Made by a program: the position numbers and the translations under genes
DNA from: a virus
Lineage: Duplodnaviria; Caudoviricetes
Virus record (IMG/VR): IMGVR_UViG_3300048995_000010
Coordinates: 35,351-99,350 of that record
Reading direction: 5' to 3' (one strand)
Length of the DNA stretch: 64,000 bases
In this document: piece after piece, positions 19,201 to 25,842 of the stretch
Numbering within the stretch: the first letter of the stretch is position 1
Layout: the number at the start of each line of letters is the position of its first letter
The notes under the pieces: generated by a model
The model's input: only the letters and a program-made list of their open reading frames with translations
Database searches by the model: none
Told to the model about the DNA's origin: nothing

Positions 19201-20300
19201 GTTACCCCTGATGAATAAGATAGTTCAGTAGCTGTTACTATAGAATGAATTGGGATACCATTGGCATCTGAAATGAGTGCCCTGGCTGCTGTGATAGCGG
19301 CAGCTTCTACAATGGCGCCACCTGAGGATTGCATCACCCTATTATTGGAAAGTGCAGTAGAAGAATTAGTACCCCCCAGAGAGATAGGTACTGTAGTAAT
19401 TGAAATAGCACCGGTAGATGAGTTATATGATATAGGAGAGATTCCCGAGAGAAGTCCTCTGGTGAATGACTGATTGAGAAACAGCGAATCTCCTGAAAAA
19501 GAAATACCACCACCTGCTTTATTAAATGTTCCCGATCCACCCCCGGAAGACGCCGGCCGTACTTCAAGCATACCTGTAGACCTGTTCAAAAACAAAGTGG
19601 AATCAGCCGTGGTAGCATTAGCTGGAATGAAGGGGAGTATCAGTTGTCTCAGTAGGATGGTATCATTGAGATCTATTGCCGGATTACCGGATACTCCTGT
19701 AGGATTGACAATCGAGATATTCGTAGAACCTGCAATGAACTGCCGGGAAGCAGTGGTACCCAGGGCAGTCCTGACTACTAAACCATTCGATCCCGGGTCA
19801 GGTAACTTGGCATTAAAAATCACCCAGTCTGCCTGTGACAGGTAACCTGAGACTGTACCGGTAGCAACTGGGATAGATATAACTCCAGTGACACCGTTAT
19901 ATAATAAAGGAGTGGATGCACTGAACTGTGATCTTACTTTGAGTCCGAAGTTGGATATAGAAGAAGTATCGAAAGTTTGAACAGAGGACTGTGCAAGAGT
20001 CTTCCATACTTGAGCTGGATTGCCAATTTCCAGTGCAAGGGAATCTGTGTTATATCTGAGGATGTACTTACTCGCAGGAACAGTGGGCCGTTGAGCGGTG
20101 GTCCCGGGTGGAGTAGTAAGGTCATACCCGGAAGTTGTGATGTTTGTAAGTGCATTGTAGATGGAATAGTTTGGGAGTTGTTTGAACCGGTAATCCTTGG
20201 AGAATACCGAATCTGTAATGACTTTTTGAAAAACTCCTATCTGAGCATGGCTGATCAAAAACAACACCATACTCAAAAGAAATAGTACGCTACGTTTCAT
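16299..20300 (-). CDS. Tail fibre/spike-like protein with SGNH esterase domain and N-terminal signal-peptide-like segment
   Basis: Likely start MKRSVLFLLSMVLFLISHAQ; SGNH blocks FGVSI, NRATSGT, QVNE, DSVH; G/T/S-rich fibre segments. Confidence 0.7.
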   Translation of the reverse strand: MKRSVLFLLSMVLFLISHAQIGVFQKVITDSVFSKDYRFKQLPNYSIYNALTNITTSGYDLTTPPGTTAQRPTVPASKYILRYNTDSLALEIGNPAQVWKTLAQSSVQTFDTSSISNFGLKVRSQFSASTPLLYNGVTGVISIPVATGTVSGYLSQADWVIFNAKLPDPGSNGLVVRTALGTTASRQFIAGSTNISIVNPTGVSGNPAIDLNDTILLRQLILPFIPANATTADSTLFLNRSTGMLEVRPASSGGGSGTFNKAGGGISFSGDSLFLNQSFTRGLLSGISPISYNSSTGAISITTVPISLGGTNSSTALSNNRVMQSSGGAIVEAAAITAARALISDANGIPIHSIVTATELSYSSGVTSALQTQINGKQPTGNYVTAGTGDVVFTGPGSVAATISSNAVTNAKTAQMAAHTFKGNNTGSTANAIDLTATQLTAELNTFGASLKGLVPAASGSPSSTKYLSEDGTFTTPAGSGGSQTLQQTFDQGSVQTKHDTIFQGHYVLATNGQFSNKDTARVGWTESMLTFGVSIDAGVIPGDPIQKAIWVEQVAASLGLYNNNRATSGTTLINHGGCGLTCDSSMEAKLPTIPVYDQSTRYLLIGNYQVNECSIFNTDSTTWRTHLIAMIDSLHINRSYPLEKIVVLTGTPNPSNIACDRNLRLATMHVCAEKGVKCFDSFTHLDADHDNLINDSVHLSIKGQLSLATGLLNSTVLDSVQYVKANVLHVFKAITNFGRTYLRGVDNLGDDSTHGTQYIGGTLNLVGDILNATTIRKGLIIRGDADLTPFKWTLYRGSGGGLTQHYGFDLGTYGSGGTLRAFVDGFNGTGFTVDKIDNSDSTIATHIFHVDNINTEILTHLKVTPTSDFNNTVSMNSGLTIKGDNVIDDQKWLIYRGDGGGLHLRFGMGFSGSGTGALRFFTDGFTGRTFDFGFIDNTDSTTFTRTFRIDNTDLGKIFIPGLATGSTPPTTSGTIKMIVADANGLLSLRDTVAAGTTTTIYNGNGTLVADRNVSSGGFTLRFDGTNNSDTLVSIVNSGTTSTGLYSIGSLIGVDAQSTNIGLRAFGTSTGLIATGQNSEGAVISSNSMRGAKIYSTPSSTNTIQEVLQLDRSSTGTAANGIGGSLDLVIEDDGHFTPTAGQLIWKWTDATHATRTSQFYITGVNSGSLATIMTLDGNGNATFGTTNSIVGTATNNNAVVGNIGEEVNSTISTYTNYTTTATYQNITSITLTAGDWDLSAFFTYNSNSATITAASNAIFVVSTTTASASGATEGQNISYVPQAALLGTSKFSDAIPSYRVSLSGTTTYYLNTQSSFTVGNPQFVGSIRARRVR

Positions 20301-20412
20301 CTGGGTGAGATTTTGTTCAAATGTACCCATTATATAAAAACCCTCATACAAAGTACTGGAAATGCCGTACTAATGAATGAGGGTTGTGACGTATATATGT
20401 TCTATAGCCTTG

Positions 20413-20706
20413 TTACTGCTTCGGTTTAGTCTGACGAAGCTGACTATTCAATGTGGAATCATTTGCCTGATTGACCAGGAAGTCTGCCATCTCATTAGCA
20501 GTTTTTGCATCTACCATCTGTGTATAACGGATCAGGTATACCAGGGTGTTGAAGTTGGGAACCGGTATCCTGAGATTTACCATGGGCTGAAGTGGCTGTG
20601 CTTGAGTTGTTGGTTGAGGGATTTCCTTCTTCTCTTTGTTTTTGGTCTGAGCCTGTAGGGATAATGCAAAAACAAAGGAAAGGGATAGTACTGTGATGCG
20701 TTTCAT
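20413..20706 (-). CDS. Small secreted/tail-fibre-associated protein
   Basis: Signal peptide MKRITVLSLSFVFALSLQAQ. Confidence 0.6.
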   Translation of the reverse strand: MKRITVLSLSFVFALSLQAQTKNKEKKEIPQPTTQAQPLQPMVNLRIPVPNFNTLVYLIRYTQMVDAKTANEMADFLVNQANDSTLNSQLRQTKPKQ

Positions 20707-20728
20707 AGCTGTTGTTTTGATGAAGATA

Positions 20729-21466
20729 TTATGAATTGATCAATTGTGGTAATCCTGCCATGTATGTCTTTAGCATTCTGTGTAATTTATGATTCCATCT
20801 GGCATCAGCCAAGGCATGGTGCTCATTATCTCCAGGTACATTATCATCCTTCCATTGTTTAGTGAGAGATAGTTCATCCATCATCTGCTTGAGATCTCGG
20901 CAGTACATCGGATAACCTTTAGGGAGATCCAGCATTCTATCAAAGAGTGAACAGAATAAGACCCAGTCATAGTCTGCGTAGTAACCATAGAACACAGGAG
21001 TATCTATTGGATCAGGATTTTCCTTGAGCAGTCCTCGGAATTTAACCTGACTAGTGAAATCCTCAATTTCTTTTGCTATCTGTTTGTTGCTTTTACCAAA
21101 TTGTGCAATCAGTTGTTTCAAGTGAGAATAGGTGAATGTCTCCCAGCATGAGGTATACTCTTTCTGTGCTCCAGTGATCTGCTTTCTGAGATGTAACCAT
21201 AGGGGCTTGAGTACATTCTCCCGTAGCCAATACACTTTTACAGGAGGATCTCCCATCTCCAGTTGTGACTTCAAATCATACTTATTCCATACATGCTTCA
21301 AGTCAAACTCATTGGACACCGCGTAGTAGTCTCTACCATCTTCAGCTACGATACCAATAGAGATTAGATCAATGTAGTGTCTGGGCTTCTCCCGTTTAAA
21401 GTCAGGAATAACCAGACAACTATTTGTAAAGTCTTCAATAAATTCCGTGTCAAGATAGTAATTCAT
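20729..21466 (-). CDS. DEDDh 3'-5' exoribonuclease, Rv2179c/RNase AS-like
   Basis: YYLDTEF, LISIGIV, YADYDWV, PMYCRDLKQ and HHALADARW motifs. Confidence 0.85.
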   Translation of the reverse strand: MNYYLDTEFIEDFTNSCLVIPDFKREKPRHYIDLISIGIVAEDGRDYYAVSNEFDLKHVWNKYDLKSQLEMGDPPVKVYWLRENVLKPLWLHLRKQITGAQKEYTSCWETFTYSHLKQLIAQFGKSNKQIAKEIEDFTSQVKFRGLLKENPDPIDTPVFYGYYADYDWVLFCSLFDRMLDLPKGYPMYCRDLKQMMDELSLTKQWKDDNVPGDNEHHALADARWNHKLHRMLKTYMAGLPQLINS

Positions 21467-21785
21467 AGGGCTGTTGTTTCACCGAAGATATAGGATTGCT
21501 CTACAAAAACAAAACCCAGGGTGGATACCCCGGGTTTATACCCTTTGATATACGTTCTTATGAAACAAGAGTTAGCCCCGTTACTGCCGGGGCCTGGTGA
21601 GTTTACACCGCTGTACCCTCACCCATTATCAGTATGGTGTTTCCACCTTCTTTTTCTTGAATGTTATGGTGATGAACAACTGATAGGTTACTACCAGTAG
21701 AGTACCGAGACTCCCTGTTCCCAGTGCTTCATCAAAAATTAGAGGAGGGAGTCCACACAGTAGTGCTTGCTTCTCTCCTGGTACC

Positions 21786-22157
21786 TTATGCTTTTGGTAG
21801 AACTCCATCTTGCTTTTGTTTTTGATTGACTCTGCAGAGCCTGATGCCGGCTTCTTCTAATAAAGGAAGTAGTATATCTCTCACATAATGCCTGGAACCC
21901 CCACCGGTAAGTTCATGTTTTGCATCTGCTCGTCTTACTACCTCAGTAACGGCATCATATGTCTCAGCCTTTGAATTATCCAGAAGTTGTATAGCAGGAT
22001 CTATTCCAAGAATATGTCTAGCAGCTTTTTTACTATATTCCACTCTTTTTGGATCATTCTCTTGGAGTTGTTCATATAGTCCCTTTTCAAAGGACTTCTT
22101 TAATGCTGGGTCATTATTACCAGTAGGACCATCTGTGAGGGAGTTCCTTTTATCCAT
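21786..22157 (-). CDS. Hypothetical protein
   Basis: Start preceded by TATCTTCG promoter and AAACAACAGCT leader. Confidence 0.6.
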   Translation of the reverse strand: MDKRNSLTDGPTGNNDPALKKSFEKGLYEQLQENDPKRVEYSKKAARHILGIDPAIQLLDNSKAETYDAVTEVVRRADAKHELTGGGSRHYVRDILLPLLEEAGIRLCRVNQKQKQDGVLPKA

Positions 22158-22483
22158 AGCTGTTGTTTGTTCGAAGATACAAAAACTCCCCAAGTAGAAA
22201 CAAGGGGAGTAAATCCAATATCCTATAGTGTGATCGCTCACACTTGAAATACCGTAGAAAAACCGGGTACAAGATACAAAAACAAAGAGATCCACCAAAT
22301 TCCTGATGGATCTCCCCCTTTGCTAAAAATCTTTTATATCATCTCCCTCAAATGAGAACAAATGTGGTTGACACAAGTAAAGATACTACTGTTCTATAGC
22401 TTCTTCAAAAACAAGATAGTAGTTCTTGAGAGGCTCAAAGAAATCAGCTGCAGCAGTATGCTTGTCAATGTGTTTCAATTCCT

Positions 22484-22801
22484 CTATGGTGCGATTATAA
22501 CCTGTTTAGTCTCCAGTAATTTCTTGAACTCCTGCTTTGATACAAAAACAAAGTCAGAGGGCACAATCACCCCATTATACACCTTCTGGAATAATCTCTC
22601 CAGTTCCTGCTGTCTCAACTGCTTACGTAGTAGGTGACATGCCTCTGCAGCCTTAGCCTGACAGATCTGTCTGAACTGCTCGCGTTTTTGTTGAGCCTCA
22701 TACTCCTTCGAACCCATGTATAGAGTACGTTGGTTCCTGTCCTGTGCATACATGGAGTCTGCAGCTTCTTTCATGTTGTCTATTAGTGATGGGTTACTCA
22801 T
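22484..22801 (-). CDS. Hypothetical protein
   Basis: Coupled ORF starting MSNPSL. Confidence 0.5.
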   Translation of the reverse strand: MSNPSLIDNMKEAADSMYAQDRNQRTLYMGSKEYEAQQKREQFRQICQAKAAEACHLLRKQLRQQELERLFQKVYNGVIVPSDFVFVSKQEFKKLLETKQVIIAP

Positions 22802-22958
22802 TGTCTGTGTTTTTATTGTACCGGTTAACCATTTCATCAATGATAGGATCTGTACCTTCTTCCACCATAGTAATAAAGAATGCGGTTTTATTCCACCAAC
22901 CATCTTCAAATTTCATGGTGAAGGTTTGTCCTCCTATACCTGGTCTATCATCTTCCAT
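22794..22958 (-). CDS. Small hypothetical protein
   Basis: Starts MEDDRPG; overlaps the next start. Confidence 0.45.
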   Translation of the reverse strand: MEDDRPGIGGQTFTMKFEDGWWNKTAFFITMVEEGTDPIIDEMVNRYNKNTDNE

Positions 22959-23265
22959 GTTCTTCTGTTTTTGGTTTGATATCCTGTTCTTCCTTAAGTA
23001 TTCTGTCAAACATATCAGCAAAAGCCTCTGCTGCAGTCTTAAAAGTGGGTAGCTGTTCCATCTGTTCCCATATCCCTATTGGTATGTTTTTATCAGGTAG
23101 TGGCATGTGTCATTTTTGGTTTGATATCCCACAAAAATCCCCTCAAGGTAGGGAACATCCTGGCTATCTGTTGTAGCTGGAACTGTTCCTGCATTTTCCA
23201 CTCTACATAATCCATCCAGACTGGAGGAATCTCTTGTTCTACTGGATTACCATGTTGATCGAGTA

Positions 23266-23508
23266 TCATCCTTGAGCTCTTTTACTTGGAGGTAATGGGA
23301 CTATTGGCAATCTAATCTCTGTGCCATCTACAGAAACCATTGCCTGGTGAGTGGATACACCTACTGGTATTCCCAAAAATTGGAATGGGGTACCACACTG
23401 CTCACAAAAACACCTGACATCAGCCATATACTGATTTACCTGTCCGGTATCATTAGTAAGACGGTGAACTGTACCCTGAATTTGAAAGATCTCGTGTTGA
23501 CAATCCAT
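23266..23508 (-). CDS. Small Zn-binding protein
   Basis: CQH and CEQCG motifs; promoter and leader upstream. Confidence 0.6.
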   Translation of the reverse strand: MDCQHEIFQIQGTVHRLTNDTGQVNQYMADVRCFCEQCGTPFQFLGIPVGVSTHQAMVSVDGTEIRLPIVPLPPSKRAQG

Positions 23509-23581
23509 ACTGTTGTTATTTGTATGAAGATACAGAAATCTTACATCTCTCACTGGGGAAACGTACGTCTGTACTGGAGAT

Positions 23582-24124
23582 TTAAACACAAAGTCTTTTA
23601 TACAGTAGGTGTATCTTCTCCAGGAAATCTTCATAACTCATATCCAGTTTCATTGAATTACAGTGGGAGCAACATGGAAGACAGTTCCCAGAAAGGTAAC
23701 CCTGATCGTTGTGTTTTCTATCAAGACCACTATATTGGATAGACTCTTTCTTGGATTTAAACAGGTTAGATGGAGGCTTATCACAATAGTGACAGTTTTG
23801 TAGTACCAAGGCTGAAAACTCTTCAAGTGTAAGACTGAATTGGAGTTCTCTCCTATTAGCCTCATATCTCTTCCATACATAGAGTCTTCCTTCTATTGTT
23901 TTCATCCTCCTGCACCCACAAGACATGGGAGGATTCTTAGAACGCAGCTTATCCACCTTCAATAATATCTCTTTCCCACACTTACACCTGCATATCCATC
24001 TTGTTTTAGTATGTCCCCCGGAAGTTCTATACTCAGCCCCCTGTTTTATGATAGTGAGATCCCCTACGATCAAGCCAGTCATGTCAACTAACGGTCTTCC
24101 TAAAGTACTTATGATCTGTGTCAT
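23582..24124 (-). CDS. HNH homing endonuclease
   Basis: WICRCKCG, SCGC, CHYC and GLDRKHNDQGYLSGNCLPCCSHCN. Confidence 0.85.
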   Translation of the reverse strand: MTQIISTLGRPLVDMTGLIVGDLTIIKQGAEYRTSGGHTKTRWICRCKCGKEILLKVDKLRSKNPPMSCGCRRMKTIEGRLYVWKRYEANRRELQFSLTLEEFSALVLQNCHYCDKPPSNLFKSKKESIQYSGLDRKHNDQGYLSGNCLPCCSHCNSMKLDMSYEDFLEKIHLLYKRLCV

Positions 24125-24313
24125 GGGACGAAGATAAGGTTTAGGGGTGAAATAGCCCGGTACCCCTCGAATAAAAAGGATACCCCCCGGTAACTTCATG
24201 TGTATCAGAGGGGCCACTGCCTACCTCAGTTGACAGTCCCCGGCTATGTTTTGGGATTGAACTATCCCCGGCATTGCAATAGGGCACTGCCATACATTCA
24301 AACTAAACACAAA

Positions 24314-24928
24314 ATGTCTACAAATTCAACAACACTCGTGCTCTCTGCAGCAAAGGTTCGTTCTATCATTGCATCTCGCTCTATCGTAAAGACTGTGCAA
24401 GTTGGTGATACTGTTCGCTTTCACATTCAAGGTAATGGTGTTACCATACCTGTGAAGACTAGTGCTGGTGCTATAGTCATGGCTAATGGTACAAACATAC
24501 CACTCACCAAGACCATCTATGGTACTAAGGTCAACTCACAGGTTGCCATGATGAATGAGCGCAACAGGCAACTGTTGAAAGACGCTGTTGCAGCTGAAGC
24601 TGCTGGTGCTGATGACTTCGAGGTTACCAAAGCGTTCAACACCTATCTGAATAAGATTCAGGTGTCGTTCAGCATCCTTCACAATCCTGGTCGTAAGATC
24701 GAGACTTTCTACAACAAGCAACTTGTTGAAGCTGAAGTCGAGCTGATCACTACGGATAATGGACAACTTCTGACGTTCACCAACGTTAGACCTGTGAAGA
24801 CCGAGAAGCTGGGATCTACACCAGAGTTCACACTGGAAGATCTCATGGGATTATCTGCTGATGGTCCTAAAGCCGAGGATGTGTTTACACCTGCTGAGGG
24901 TGTAGAGGCTGATGCTGAGAAAGCATAA
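24314..24928 (+). CDS. First rightward gene, hypothetical (beta-rich with acidic tail, possibly nucleic-acid binding)
   Basis: Starts MSTNST; host-like codon usage; acidic C-terminus. Confidence 0.6.
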   Translation: MSTNSTTLVLSAAKVRSIIASRSIVKTVQVGDTVRFHIQGNGVTIPVKTSAGAIVMANGTNIPLTKTIYGTKVNSQVAMMNERNRQLLKDAVAAEAAGADDFEVTKAFNTYLNKIQVSFSILHNPGRKIETFYNKQLVEAEVELITTDNGQLLTFTNVRPVKTEKLGSTPEFTLEDLMGLSADGPKAEDVFTPAEGVEADAEKA

Positions 24929-24942
24929 GTACAACACATCAT

Positions 24943-25079
24943 GTGAACAAACTGTAGAGGCCGTAACTCCAGCGGAGGTGTGAAAGTCACTTCATCAGTG
25001 GTATTCTGCATAAGTGTGGAATACTGGGATGAGAAGCAATACACGCACGGCACAACAAGAATGGAGAACTACAGCTCAC
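24943..25079 (+). ncRNA. Pseudoknotted structured RNA candidate
   Basis: CTGTAG/CTACAG closing stem; GCCGT..GCG/CGCACGGC helix; CTCCA/TGGAG pseudoknot; two inner hairpins. Confidence 0.5.
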
Positions 25080-25084
25080 TCATG

Positions 25085-25117
25085 CCAACTCAGGGGTAAC
25101 ACCTTGAGTTGGTTTTT
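25085..25117 (+). terminator. Intrinsic terminator
   Basis: CCAACTCAGGG..CCTTGAGTTGG followed by TTTTT. Confidence 0.75.
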
Positions 25118-25143
25118 AATTCATCACCTTTCAACTCATTCAT

Positions 25144-25254
25144 ATGCATCATAACAACTATGATCAAGAGACTATCTGGGATCACCTCATGCCTTACCTG
25201 GTCATCGGTGGTCTGATTGGGTTGGTTGCCATATTTGCAGCCAACTTGGGATAA
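25144..25254 (+). CDS. 36-aa single-TM peptide
   Basis: MHHNNYDQETIWDHLMPYLVIGGLIGLVAIFAANLG, read directly; below the ORF track cutoff. Confidence 0.5.
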   Translation: MHHNNYDQETIWDHLMPYLVIGGLIGLVAIFAANLG

Positions 25255-25479
25255 CTCATTATTGGGACAGGTTCATTGGTCAGCATCTCCATGGGGAGTG
25301 CTGGCCTCTTTTTGGCGGGCACAGTTTGCCAGTAGCTAAATTCCTGTTACCTTCAAGACGCTGGAAACAGCATTCTTTCACATACAATAGAGCGACCCGC
25401 TGTGTCTACAGTGGGTCTATTCTTTCAAGCTCACAGTTCGTGAGTAGCTAACATTCACTAACACTCTAAACTCACAGTC

Positions 25480-25674
25480 ATGGATACACAAATGATAGCT
25501 GCAGTCAATGCAGCACTGGAGGCAGTAGCCCATAAACTCAGGCACTATCATCCAGATGTACTCACCAAGTTCCAGGAGGAAGTCAACAAACTCGTGGATG
25601 CAATGAAGGTAGAGCGCATAGCAGGAGAAAATGTCGATAGAATTATCTCACAAGTGGTTGATAATCAAGGTTGA
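25480..25674 (+). CDS. Early hypothetical protein
   Basis: ORF with A-rich leader. Confidence 0.55.
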   Translation: MDTQMIAAVNAALEAVAHKLRHYHPDVLTKFQEEVNKLVDAMKVERIAGENVDRIISQVVDNQG

Positions 25675-25842
25675 TGGAGCGGTGCTCCTGTCACCCCCTG
25701 TTCCTCTTTTCCCTATTTCCCTTGTTCCACATTATGTCCATCTTGTCCCACATATAAGCTATACGACCTGTATTCCCCCCTATATGTCCTACAACCCTTG
25801 TATTTTCAACCCATTTTGTATCTTCCAGCCTACATTCACCAC

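Noticed and set aside
17077-19845. Long antisense ORFs within the spike gene and other shadow ORFs
   Set aside because: Explained by codon bias of the sense gene; no start signals
16299-20300. Diversity-generating retroelement target in the spike gene
   Set aside because: No reverse transcriptase or TR/VR pair in the window; the internal repeat is diverged at the protein level, not adenine-specific
24943-25079. Twister or hammerhead ribozyme
   Set aside because: UAACUCC resembles twister but the GUCnnAAGC element is missing; the minus-strand CUGAUGA has no matching GAAA
25318-25457. SAM-II/SAM-V riboswitch (GTAGCTAA resemblance)
   Set aside because: Lacks the UGAUUU loop and overall architecture; no SAM-related downstream gene
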